Shown: positions 26,305 through 38,774 of the stretch, piece by piece
Position numbering within the stretch: the stretch's first letter is position 1
Layout of the letters: every line of letters starts with the position of its first letter
From: Torpedo marmorata
Lineage: Eukaryota
Assembly (NCBI GenBank): GCA_977017645.1
Contig: OZ360224.1
Span: 30,628,001 to 30,692,000, forward strand
DNA: 64,000 nt
Direction of reading: 5' to 3'
Notes under the pieces: model-generated
Database searches by the model: none
The model's input: only the letters and a program-made list of their open reading frames with translations
Told to the model about the DNA's origin: nothing
Made by a program: the position numbers and the translations under genes

Positions 26305-27690
26305 CTTAGATTAGATTAGATGCACTTTATTGTCATTGTACCAGTTCAAAACAAGCCAATGAGATACAACTAGCATCCAACCAGAAGTTAAAAAATAGTG
26401 CTATATACATTAGAATAAAACATGTGCAATAAAAACCAACAATAACCTAATCAACAACGACAACCTATTCAACAACAAACTATTATAAAAGTACTGATAT
26501 TACACTGTGAGTGCAGTACCACTCAACGCTATGATTCAGTGTTCATCAGGCTCACAGCCTCATGAAAGAAACTCTTCTTCAGCCTGCTGGTACGCGAGCG
26601 AAGGCTCCTGTAGCGTCTGCCCGATGGGAGAAGAGTAAAAAGTCCGTGGTTAGGGTGAGATGCATCCTTAATAATGTTCCTCGCTCTGCCCAGACACCAT
26701 TCTCTATAGATGTTCTCGATGGTGGGCAACTGCAAGCCAATAATCCGCTGGGCAGTTTTCACCACCCGCTGGAGTACTTTGCGGTCTTGTACTAGGCAGT
26801 TACCATACCACGCCGAGATACCATATGTCAATACGCTCTCAATGGTACATCTATAGAAATCCAATAATATCCTAGGACAGAGGTGTACCTTCCTCATGCT
26901 TCGCAGAAAGTAAAGACGCTGTTGTGCCTTTTTAATCAGCTTTGAAGAATTCAAGGACCAAGTAAGATCTTCAGAAATCTGGACGCCAAGAAATTTAAAA
27001 CTTGACACACGTTCCACCACAACTCCATGAATGTAAATGGGGACGTGAGTGTGGCTTCCAGTACGCCTAAGGTCGACAATGATCTCCTTGGTCTTCTGAG
27101 TATTAAGTATCAGGTTATTATTGGCACACCACAAGGCCAGGTGCTGAACCTCATCCCTATAGGCCGTTTCATCGTCCCCTCTGATCAGGCCAACCACCGT
27201 GGTGTCATCTGCGAACTTGATTATGGAGTTCGTACTATGTACAGGAACGCAGTCGGAGGTAAAAAGGGAATACAAAAGAGGGCTCAGCACACAACCCTGA
27301 GGTACACCGGTATTCAAGGTGAGAATGGAGGAAAAAAGATGGCCTAACTTAACAGATTGGGGTCTGCTCGGTAGGAAGTCCAAAATCCAATTGCAGAGGG
27401 ATGAGCTGATACCAAGCAAACGAAGTTTGGTAATCAGCTTGGAGGGAATAACAGTATTGAAAGCCGAGCTAAAATCTATGAACAGCATTCTGACATAAGA
27501 GTTAGAGCTGTCCAAGTGTGTCAAAGCAGAGTGGAGCACTGTAGAAATAGCATCCTCGGTCGACCTGTTGGTACGGTAGGCAAATTGATGAGAGTCCATA
27601 GTGGCAGGCAAACAGAATTTCAAATGTGATAAAACCAATCTCTCAAAACACTTTGCGATGATGGGAGTAAGTGCAACTGGACGGTAACTT
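26305..27690 (-). mobile_element. Rex1/Babar-like LINE, 5'-truncated, with an open RT domain
   Basis: ORF ending 26529: [54 protein letters not shown]; tail GACAATAAA..(TCTAA)n. Confidence 0.92.
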
Positions 27691-27799
27691 GAAGCTCTCC
27701 ACCATCTCTGCCTCAGCACCTCTTTTTTCTGAAGTCAATGATCGTTTTGCTGGCAACCTGGGAGAAATTGTTATCCTCACTCTCTGTCTCATCTTTGTT

Positions 27800-28240
27800 T
27801 AAGATCTATCTTGCAGATGGTGTCAGAGGGCTGTGTTAGAAGAATGTCTAATGATAGAATAAAAAAAGCAGCTACTTTATGGAGACCTGACAGAGGGCAA
27901 ATTGTCACGTGATGAACAGAAAAAGATATTCAAGGACTTAGAGAATCCCTGAAGAGTTTCAAAATTGGCACGCATTACCGAAACAACAAGCAATGGATCA
28001 TCCTGTTTGAACTAGCATAAAAAGCAGTATTCAATCATATAAGGAAATTAGAATGGATGTAGGAAGGATGAAAGAATCTTGAAACTCAAGAACCACTGAT
28101 GCTACAATATCCCTACACCTCTATCCTGTGTGAAAGTAACTTTCAAGCGCAGCTTGGTCTAACCTGCTACCTTCCTACACATTGCAACACTAAAGACTAG
28201 ATGTCATGGTCTCACTTGAGAATGAGTGATGAACAACAAT
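27800..28240 (+). mobile_element. Degenerate RTE-clade LINE 3' fragment
   Basis: QLLYGDLTEGK..QKKIFKD remnant, typical of RTE ORF C-termini. Confidence 0.6.
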
Positions 28241-28254
28241 AGGAGCAATTGTAC

Positions 28255-28745
28255 AAAAGCAGTAGGTAGACCACATCTGGAGTACTGTGAACAGTTCTAG
28301 TCAGCACATTACATGAAAGATGAGGTAGCAAAAGAGAGAGTGCAGAGGAGATTCAGCAGGATGTTGCATAGAATAGAGGGCCGTAGTCATAAGGAGAAAC
28401 TGAACAGGCTTGGTTTATTCTACAATTATGAGGGGTGTACTTAGGATAGATCATCAGAATCTCTTTTTTTCAGGGTAAGGGAGTCTACAAATACAAGTTT
28501 ATAATGAGAGGGCAGATCTGTGGGGTATATTTTTCCACAAAGAGGGTGGCAAATATCTGGAATGAGCTGCCAGATGTTATCAGATTCAATTATAATATTT
28601 AAAAGGTATTTGGATAGTTACTTGGTGAGAAAAGGCATGGAGTGATAAAGGCCTAATGCAGGCAAAAGAGATTTGCAGACAGGCATCAGGGACAGCGTGG
28701 AATTGGTGGGCCAGAAAGTTATTTCTGTGTTATGCAATTCTATGA
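28255..28745 (+). mobile_element. Degenerate CR1 3' fragment
   Basis: RPHLEYCEQF remnant and CR1-like 3' UTR. Confidence 0.7.
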
Positions 28746-29020
28746 TTCACAGTTCAACAAACCGACTAGTTTATCATGATTAATCTAACTGGATTAAAAT
28801 CCATCCTCAATTGAACATATGGCAATCGCTCAAATATTCTAGTTTTCACTGCTCATCAAACCATGACATTTCTTTCTTACTTTCCCAGCTACACTCTTTC
28901 CAGTATCTCAAGGAATTCTGCAATTCCAAACACCTCAATTATTGATTGTAGACCACTGTATGGGTGTTAGAATGTCAACATACTTTGAAAGGATAATCCA
29001 AAGTATGTTAGAATGAACTA

Positions 29021-30046
29021 CCGTATTTGACGGCATACAGGACCCACTGGCATATAAGATCCCCCATTTTAGCGGGAGATTTTAGGAAAAAATTGTTTTA
29101 GTGTATTTACGGGTAAGTTGGCGAACGGGTTCCTCCTACAAGGACCCCTTGTAGATAACGCATGTGTGTGTGCCTTCACTAACCTCGATGGAAACCCTCC
29201 AGCCTTGCATGGCCGAGACGCCGAACCCTCCTCACACACGAGCAACAGCAGTAACATGTCCTCCTGCCCGCCGAGGCTCAGGCCGCTTCACCCCACTGTG
29301 CAAACACCGATTGATTGACAGGCGCGCTGGGACCTGCGGGCACGCGAGGGCGGGTGGGAGAGATGCCGGTCACCAGGGCAACAGGCAGGGCCCACCGTCG
29401 CGGGGAGCAGACGATCGATTGCTTTGAGGGAAGCGCTGGGCCTCGATAATCAGGCTCCACGCTGAGCCTCTGTTCGATGAGCACGGCCCCCCGAGCAAAT
29501 TGAATGAGGCGCGGGGGCAGTCAGCCTGTCGAGCTAAGCTCGACAGGCCGCTTACTCGCTGCCACCCGCCCCTCATTCAATTTGTTCGGGGGGCCGTGCT
29601 CGTCGAACAAAGGCTCAGCGTGGAGCCTGATCATCGAGGCCCAGCGCTCCCCTCAAAGCAAGCGATCGATCGTACCATCGGTGTGTACTACAAACACGGC
29701 CGTTGCGCTACTGGCGGGGGCCGCCGTGGTTGGCCTTCTCACCGGGGGAAGTGAGCGGTGGCTGTGGCTCCAGAAAGCACGGGCCACCCGAGGGAAGGTG
29801 GTCCGCGAAGCTGCGGGCCCGCTTCCTGGACAGCCGCAGCACCTCTGCGGGCTTCTTGAAGCTGGATGAGTAGCTTGAGCGCTTTCCTCCGGTTGCCATC
29901 TTGCGGATGAAAGCCTCCACTACGTTTGTATTTCGGTGCCCAAAATGGCGGCACCAAAATGTCACCTTCGCGTATAAGACCCGGGGGGCGGGGTTTTGGG
30001 GTGATTTTTGGGAAAAAAGGGGGGTCTTATATGCCGTCAAATACGG
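29021..30046. mobile_element. GC-rich non-autonomous pogo/Tigger-like DNA transposon with a long internal inverted repeat
   Basis: TIRs CCGTATTTGACGGCATA / TATGCCGTCAAATACGG; TA on both flanks (29019-29020, 30047-30048). Confidence 0.92.
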
Positions 30047-31071
30047 TACTTCCAACACAAGTAATACACTATGTTCTTTTTAGGTTGATTGGAAAGGAAA
30101 ATTAAAAAATGTAGAGGCAGTGCACACATTAATACCTTTCTCAAAGAGACTTCAATAAAATAGAATTATAATTGTTCTTTATAGAAACTAAATTTAAAAA
30201 ATATTAAAACACAAAGAATTTGCAATTTGAGCAATATGTCCAGACAGAGTTCAAACATTCAGACACAAAATAATTTGCACCCTTCAACTTGGCATTGTCT
30301 CAGAATAACCAGTTAGATCACAAAACAACTAGGTTCTTCAAATTTTCTTTTGAAAGCAACGAATTGTTACAAAAAAGGCACTGAAAGCATTCATCTGCTT
30401 GTTTTGTATACATTGCAAAATTTGTTAAAAAGCAAAAACAAAAGTTGTCTTTGAATAAATGTAGAACTGTCACTACAGTATTCAAGACAGCTCAAGAACT
30501 TAACATGATCTGTGAATAGATTTCTTGCTTTCAAAGCACAAAGTCTCAATGTGACTCACAGATATGCAAAAACACACATGATAAACGCAAACACAAAAGT
30601 CATGCAAGTGCTGAAACAACACACACACAATAATTTATTTATTGTGCAAGCATAGTGGTCAAAAGCTCAATTATCAAAGATCAAAGGTGAAGGAAAATAC
30701 TTTTTGCTCCAGAATAACATAGCAACAGATTAAATAATTAATGACATCAATGCATGAAACTGTTGGACCTGCCATATTAGTTCACTTTACACATTGATTC
30801 CTTTTTATGAGAATTGAGTGCCACTGGCAAGACTTGTATTTAGTGCCCATTCCTACATGGCCTTGAGAAAGCAGTGGTGAGCCACCTTCGTGAACTACTT
30901 AGTGAGTTCCGGAATTGTGATCCATCTATGATTAAGGAATAGCGATGTATTTCCATGGCAGGACTATGTACACTTTATGGGGACATCTCCATGTGGCGGT
31001 GCACCTGTGGACCTGCTATGATAGTCCTTTTTTAGTATGAAAGGTGTCCACATGTGCACAAGTAAATGCAG

Positions 31072-31465
31072 TGTAAGGGTTAAATTGAATTGTAAGTTGA
31101 AAGCAGCTAGAATATTGTTTACGAATTCCATGAGTATGTCTCCATAGTAACAGTTTTTAGCCAAGGTCTTTTTTCTGTGAGTTTAATATAAACAAGTTAG
31201 TTTTGAATTTGCATTTGTACTGTGTAGAACCAGAGCAAAATGAAGACGGTCCGGATAATTTCTTTAACCGTTCGTTTGCAAGTATTAACGTATTAATATT
31301 TTATTGGCCGTTTATTAACTGTTTTAAGTATAGTTTAATTGTTTTAATAGTTCTAATAAACAGTAAAAAACTCAATGCTACTTTAGAACGGACTATTCGT
31401 TTAACAAGTCAAACAACGATGTCTGCATGCTGCCCAAGCGATTATAAAGGGAAATAGTCACAATA
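31072..31465 (+). repeat. 5' LTR of BEL copy 1
   Basis: Starts TGTAAGGG; direct repeat of 39118-39528 (roughly 95% by eye). Confidence 0.93.
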
Positions 31466-31655
31466 TTTTAGTCAAAGAAAATTAGGACTATTGACTCGTA
31501 AATCAATAGAAGACTATTTAGTCAAAATAATTTGGATTATTGACTCATTAGTCAATAAAATGGACAATTGACTCATTAGTCAATAGAAGATAGATCTTCA
31601 AGCAAGACTATTTAGTCAAATGAATGGACTATTGACTCGTTAGTCAATAGATGAC
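31466..31655 (+). repeat. Tandem array of short palindromic units in the leader of BEL copy 1
   Basis: Four copies of approx. CTATTGACTC(A/G)TTAGTCAATAG plus three TTTAGTCAAA. Confidence 0.85.
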
Positions 31656-31785
31656 GGAATTGAAGACATAGAAAGTTGGAAATTGGATTTGGAAGAGAAG
31701 ACTGGATCGATTGGGCTCTGTTTAGAGCAGATCGATAAGGAGGCACAAACATCAACAACCAAGACCATTGAAGAAGCGGTAAGCC

Positions 31786-34081
31786 CTCTTGGAAATAGCG
31801 ATCATAGTATGATTGAATTTTTCATACAGATGGAAGGTGAAATAGTTAGATCTAAAACTAATGTATTATGCTTAAACAGGGGAGACTATCACAGGATGAG
31901 GGAGGAATTGGTCAGCGTGGACTGGGAGCACAGGCTAGTTGGTAGAACAGTTGAGGAACAGTGGAAGATTTACAAGGAGATTTTTCACAATGTTCAACAA
32001 AAATATATTCCAGTTAAGAATAAGGGCAGCAAGAGAGGGAAGAGTCAGCCGTGGTTAACTAAGGAAATAAAGGAGAGTATAAAATTAAAAGCTCAGGTGT
32101 ACAAAGTTGCAAAGAGTAGTAGGAAACTGGAAGATTGGGAAAACTTTAAAAAACAACAAGGAACAACAAAGTGGGTAATAAGAAAGGGGAGAAAGGATTA
32201 TGAAGGTAAATTGGCACAAAATATAAAAACAGATAGCAAAAATTTTTATAAATATATAAAACAGAAGAGGGTGGCTAGAGTTAACATAGGACCCTTGGAA
32301 GATGAGAAGGGGAAATTGATATTGAATAATGAGGAAATGGCCGAGGCCTTGAACAAATATTTTGTGTCAGTCTTCACGGTGGAAGACACGTCCAGCATGC
32401 CAAAGAGTGGAGATAGGGATGCGAATGTTGGTGGAGGCCTTGATAAAATAGTTGTTACAAAGGAGATAGTGATGAACAAACTAATGGGACTAAAGGCGGA
32501 CAAATCCCCTGGTCCTGATGAAATGCATCCCAGGGTTCTGAGGGAAATGGCAGAAGTTATAGTCGATGCATTGGTGGTCATATACCAAAATTCTCTGGAT
32601 TCTGGGCAAGTCCCGGCAGATTGGAAGACAGCAAATGTCACGCCACTTTTTAAGAAGGGAGGTAGACAGAAGACTGGGAACTACTGGCCAATTAGCTTAA
32701 CTTCTGTAGTTGGGAAAATGATTGAAGCTGTCATTAAGGATGAAATAGTGAGACATTTAGAATGAAAGGGTTCAATCAGGCAGACGCAGTATGGGTTTAG
32801 GAAGGGCAGATCTTGTTTGTCAAACTTGTTACAGTTCTTTGAGGACATAATGGGTGCGGTAGATAGAGGGGAACAGGTTGATGTTGTATATTTGGATTTC
32901 CAGAAAGCGTTTGATAAGGTGCCGCACAAGAGACTTATCAGTAAGTTACAGATGAATGGAGTCCAGGGAAGTATATTGGCATGGATTGAGGATTGGTTGT
33001 CTGACAGGAGGCAGAGAGTCGGGATAAATGGGTGTTTTTCTGATTGGCAGACAGTGGTAAGTGGGGTGCCTCAGGGGTCGGTGCTGGGCCAACAACTGTT
33101 CATCATTTACATTGATGATTTGGAGGAGGGGACAAATTGTGGTGTAGCCAAGTTTGCGGATGATACTAAATTGAGTGAAAGAGCAAATTATACTGAGGAT
33201 GTGGAGATGCTGCAGAGGGATATAGTTAAGTTAGGTGAGTGGGCAAAGGTCTGGCAGATGGAGTACATTCAGTAAGTGCGAGGTTATCTACTTTGGCAAG
33301 AAAATAAAAGAGCAGAGTATTATTTAAATGGTGAAAAACTGCAGCATGCTGTAGTGCAGAAGGACTTGGGAGTGCTTGTGCACGAATCGCAAAAGGTTGG
33401 GTTGCAGGTGCAGCAGGTTATTAAGAAGGTAAATGGAATGTTGGCCTTCATTGCTAGAGGAATTGAATTCAGGAGCGAGGAGGTAATGTTGCAACTGTAC
33501 AAGGTACTGGTGAGACTGCACCTGGAGTACTGTGTGCAGTTCTGGTCTCCATATTTGAGGAAGGATATACTGGCCTTGGAGGCAGTCCAGAGGAGGTTCA
33601 CTAGGTTGATCCCCGAGATGAAGGGGTTGACTTATGATGAAAGATTAAATCGTCTGGGATTATACTCGCTCGAGTTCAGAAGAATGAGAGGAGATCTTAT
33701 AGAAACATATAGAATTATGAAGGGGATGGATAGGAAGAGGTAGGAAGGTTTTTTTCACTTGCGGGTGAGACCAAAACTGGGGGACACAGCCTCAAGATTC
33801 GGGGGAGTAGAGTTAGGACAGAGATGAGGAAAAACAGTTTTTCCCAAAGAGTGGTGAATTTGTGGAATTCTCTACCCAGGGAAGCGGTTGAGGCTGCTTC
33901 ATTGAACATATTTAAGGTTCAGTTGGATAGATTTTTACATAAAAAAGGAATTAGGGGATATGGGGAAAGGGCAGGTAGGTGGAGTTAGGTCATTGATCAG
34001 ATCAGCCATGATCTTATTGAATGGCGGAGCAGGCTCGATGGGCCGGTTGGCCTACTCCTGTTCCTAATTTCTTATGTTCTT
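31786..34081 (+). mobile_element. 5'-truncated CR1 LINE nested in BEL copy 1
   Basis: ORF pieces homologous to the CR1 at 9919-13018 (PLGNSDH, PQGSVLG, FADD) with a few stops and frameshifts; tail TTCTTATGTTCTT. Confidence 0.95.
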
Positions 34082-34483
34082 AGCCATTGGAAGTTCCTTC
34101 TGTGTGTTTATTACAAATTAGAACACAGTTTGGTGCAATTGCCTATGAGGACTGTTTTGGTTCTGGAGAGATGGGTGTGCATGTTTGATGTCTGAGTGCG
34201 ACAAACGACACAATGGAAGAAACAGAATCTGTAGCTGCTAAGGAGCTATGTGTCGAGAAGATGAAGAAAACAGAACTTAAAGATTAATTGCAAAGGCAGC
34301 AATTAGATAAAGGGAAATAAAGCGACTCTTCAAGCAAGACTGAGGGAGGATATAGATAAGAAAAGGATTACAGTTGTTAGGGATACACATCCCACAAAAT
34401 TACTGCAAAAACCATTAATAGAATTTGAGACCGACCTCTCACTAGTGGCTGAAGCTATATCACAAGATGGTGGTGTGGAGGAT

Positions 34484-35345
34484 TATTACGTGCTCCCAGT
34501 TCATTTTCAATTGAGTGAGACTGTCACTTTAAGAGAACAAATCAAGCTGCAAGTTTGGGAGTTTGACTGTGATTTGACAGACTAGGACAGCGTGTACTAA
34601 ATTGGATACATCTGAATAGAGAGGAAGTGGCCCTGGAAAACACAGGTGCAGAGACCATGTGACCAACAGATTCAAGACACAGGACACAGTTTGCTCAGGG
34701 GCCATTTTAAGGAAGCAGCACTTGGAGAAGCATCTCTTTAAAGGGATACTGTGCTGAAGTGGCCTCGTGTGGTAATAGACAATTTGTCTGATTTCTCTCT
34801 GTAAGAAGAATGAGTTTACCCCACCGTGGCCAAAGGAATGGTCACTTTTGAAGGGGGATTAGTGTGCAACACTGTGACCAGAAGGGAAGGTCACTATTTC
34901 GGCTGACCCACGAAAGGGTTCTGGAAGCTTTGTGAAAGCCACTCGCTTCGTTTCCCCAAGGAAAAGAGGAGTTTTGATTGCCACTCGTCTGAAAAGGACA
35001 TTTCTTTGGAAGCACCTCGACAAGGATTTCGTGAGTTTACAACAGTCTGTCACCCCGGTCTCTCCCACCTACTCCGTGATTACTTCTTTGATCAATTTAA
35101 GAGTCTTCGTGTCAACACTGGATTTTCTGAGACTGAACTTTGGACTAACATTCCAGAATTGTGCCTGAGCTGTAGTGGCTTGGGGTATTCCACACACCCA
35201 TAAGTATATTCGCGCATAGTTGGGGGTTAAGTTGATAAGTTTAGATAAATTAGATAAGGTGTTATATTATTGGTAATTAATAATTAAAAATATTATTTTA
35301 AATATAACACTGTCTTGGCTAATTTCTATTGCTGCTGTCGTAACA
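34484..35345. mobile_element. Solo LTR (probably Gypsy-type) nested in the BEL gag
   Basis: Inverted termini TATTACG (from TGTTACG)...CGTAACA; 4-bp TSD GGAT (34480-34483, 35346-35349). Confidence 0.8.
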
Positions 35346-35349
35346 GGAT

Positions 35350-37774
35350 GAACAATCCAAAATAGAGACATGGTCAGAGATTAAAGCAACACCTGACGTA
35401 CAGGACCTAATAGGACCTAGCGATAGTGCGTCAAATACTTCCAGCAGGAGAAGTAAGATGAGCTCTAGAGCAGGCTCCAGAGTTTCAAGAACTGAATCTA
35501 TGCGTTTAAAAATTCAAGCAGACGCGGCAGCTCTTAAAGTGGAAAGGCAATGAATGCTTCAGTATGAATTGGACTTAAAAGATAAGGAGGAGCTGCTAAG
35601 AATGGAGGAAGTTCAGCTAAAAAAGCAAAAGAAGCAACTGGAACTGGACAGAAAAATTGCTGTTAATGAGGCCAAGTCACAGGCACTAGAAGGCTCAGTG
35701 GTATTTAGTGCTCGAAGTAAAGTACCAAAAGCATCAAGTTTTGATGAAGGACTTCAGAAAAAGAAAATATTGAATACCAAAGCTGAGCCAGTGCTACGAT
35801 ATCCATACGGGCTTGGTCCTGAAATCGACAGGTCTAGACAAAGGGCTGAGCCAGTGATAGAATCATAATATATGCTTGGTCCTGTACCAGGCAGGTTACG
35901 GCACGGGGCTGAGCCAGGGCCGCGGATGCGAGATGTGCAAGATCCCGGATTAACCGGGTTGATGCAAGGAGCCAGAGTTCAAACCCCAATGATGGCCACA
36001 TTGGACAAAGATGGGAGCCAAATGCCATCTCTTATAGGGTCATACCAAGCGCTCCCGGCAAGTATTAGAAATCTGGGTGAACAAAGTAACGTACGCCCAG
36101 GCACAACAAAACAAGATGAGATAGCTGCATCATTAATGTAGTTACATACTCTCTCCTTTCTGCCCAAGAGAGAGATACCATATTTTTATGGTGACCCCCT
36201 TGAATTCCACTCGTTTATGAAAAGCTTTGAACGCAGTATTGAAATTAAGTGTCAAAGCCAGGAGGATTGTTTATATTTTTTGCAGCAGTTCACAAGAGTA
36301 CCACCACAAGAACTCGTAAAGAGTTGCCAACATATGAATCCTGATGTAGGATTCAAATAGGCTAAGTGGTTACTAGAGAAGCATTTTGGCGACAAGTATA
36401 GAATTTCTAGAGCTTATTTACAGAAGACTCTTTCATGGTCGTTAATAAGACCAGAGGACAAGAATGGTTTACAAGCTTACGCCCTCTTTCTAAGAGGATG
36501 TTGCAACGTCATGACGGAGATTGGCCACCTTCAAGAGCTTGACATACCTCAGAATATGGTAAACATTGTAGATAAATTACCCAAATGGATGAGAGAATTA
36601 TGGAGAAGTCAGGTTGTTGAATACCAAAGAAGAAACTACGTGACAGCTACTTTTAAGTATTTGGTGGAGTTCATTGAAGGACAAGTGGACGTTGTCACAG
36701 ATCCAGTGTATTGAATTAAAGGTACTCAAACAGTGAGTAAAGAAGTTGAAAAGTCCAAATCGTATTCTCTACCAAAATTGAAGAAAAGTACATTTGCCAC
36801 CTCTCTGACAGTGGAATTAAGGAAAAGGAAAGTTTGCCTGCTGAGAAGAAATGTTTGTTCTGTAATAATAAGCACGATTTGGAAAAGTGTGCACAGATGG
36901 AAAAAACGCATAGTGAGAAAATCGCTTTTTTGAAGAAAAATGGAGTATGTTTTGGCTGTCTGTGTAAAGGACACATCAGCAAAAACTGCAAAAAGCGACT
37001 CAGCTGTGATATATGTAGTCAAAAACATCCTAAGATACTACATATCTTCAAGGAAAAGAATACGGAAAAGGAACAAACGTCAAGGGAAGAAGCAGATGAA
37101 AACAGTGCTGACGCTTCAGTATTGACAAGTGGTCTTACTGGGGCCGGTGCAGATAACTGCAAACTCTCAATAGTGCCTGTACAAGTTAAGGCCAAGAATG
37201 GGAATGCAACGGTATGTACACATTCATTTCTTGACCCAGGAAGCACTGCGGGGCTTATGAAAAGGCTTAATCTTGAAGGAAAAAAGTCAAGGATTCCATT
37301 GAAAACCATGGGACAAGAAAAGGTCATTGAAACTAACATGGTTTCAGGGTTAGATGTTGCTGGAATACACAGCGACGATTTTTGTGATCTTCCAGGCATA
37401 TATACACAGAAGACTATGCCTGTGCATAAAGGAAACATCCCACATCAAAGTGATGTGGATCAGTGGTCATATCTGAGAAAGGTTTATATACCGGAAAATA
37501 GATCTGAGATAGAGATGCTAATTGGTTTAAATGAACCAAAGAAGTAATTCCGAGTGTGAGAGATGGACCTTACGCTATCAAAACTATGCTTGGATGGACA
37601 ATCAATGGACCATCAGAAAGATAGAATGATATTGCTCAGAAGCAGTCAACAACAGGTGTCAATATGATATCTGTTGTGAAACTCAACGAACCATTGAAAC
37701 AACCGTTCAAGACAGACTTTCCTGAATGCCTTGATAACAATCAAAAACCTTCAAAAGAATACAAACAGTTCTAA
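35350..37774 (+). pseudogene. BEL gag-protease region, disrupted by stops and frameshifts
   Basis: [78 protein letters not shown]. Confidence 0.9.
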
Positions 37775-38225
37775 GAAAATCTTACTGACGAAAATAAATC
37801 AAGAGCATCTAAACCAGTAAAGAAGAAATTGTTTTCATCAAAAATGGATGAAAATGAAGTATTAGAAGATGCTGCAAATACTGCTGGTGATTATTCTTGC
37901 GAAGCAAAATCTGGGGCAGGAATGAAACAAATGTCTGGGAACAAATCTGAAAGTAGCTTTTGTAGCCCAGATGCACCAGCAAACAAGATCAATGCAGCAT
38001 GTTTTAAAATGAGCGAACACAGAAAATTGTGCTGATGGTATAAAGGAGCATTTCATTGACAATATGGTGCAACTGCCTTCAGAGTACAAAATGTTGAAAA
38101 GGAACTTAGAAATATTGGATATTCCAGAAAACAGTGACCAAAAGGGTTTTAACTTTGTACTTGGAAACAAAACTGAATCTGATGATTCTTCAGTTTTGAA
38201 AGTAAACAAGAGAGAAGATCAGAGA

Positions 38226-38774
38226 GCAGTTGACAAGAATGGAGAATTAATTGTAAATATAATTCGTAAAACCAAGCGGAAGAAAAGAATAACTGCTAAA
38301 GAAATGAATGCAGTTATTGAAGAAAGGGATTTAGCCTTATCAAGATGCATACAGTTGAAAGAGGAGATTCATTTTTTGAAAGAGAACAAGTCATTGTTTA
38401 ATGACACAAAACAACTGACTATGGAAAACAATCAAGAATGTACCTTGAAGACCCAGTTAATAACGATGCAAAAAGAAAGGAATATTACATTTCACCAATG
38501 TAAGAAGGAAGGTGAAAAAATTCAAACATCTCGAGTATACTACAGAAGGGCTGAAAGCAGAGGTACCAATGCATCAAATAACCTTTTTACTCCAAGTCAA
38601 GTTACTAACTTCTCAGAAGATAACAGGAAAATTACTTTCCTATTGAAAGAATTAAATGCAGAGAGGGAGTCTAATAAAAGACTTCAAGATAAATTGTCAG
38701 AAAATGAGACTGAATTGGAAGTTGCAAAATTGGATCCGGAATTACAGGAAAAGACAATAGAAGCCAGAGTGGCT
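38226..38774 (+). pseudogene. Captured, intronless, order-permuted MIPOL1-like coding segment in BEL copy 1
   Basis: KNGELIVNIIRKTKRKKRITAKEMNAVIEERDLALSRC..LTMENNQECTLK..IQTSRVYY followed by TPSQVT..ITFLLKEL..SNKRLQDKL..ELQEKTIEARVA. Both blocks match MIPOL1 as I recall it, but in reversed order. Confidence 0.85.

Noticed and set aside
31466-31655. CRISPR-like array of palindromic repeats
   Set aside because: Eukaryotic context; spacers are short, irregular and repetitive; no cas genes; lies in an LTR-element leader
31683-31785. N-terminus of the 360-aa ORF as a novel fusion protein
   Set aside because: Chance read-through from the BEL leader into the 5'-truncated CR1
38082-38165. YKMLKRNLEILDIPENSDQ as an additional MIPOL1 block
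   Set aside because: Only weak resemblance to the MIPOL1 LKVLENINPEEND region; not supportable without an alignment
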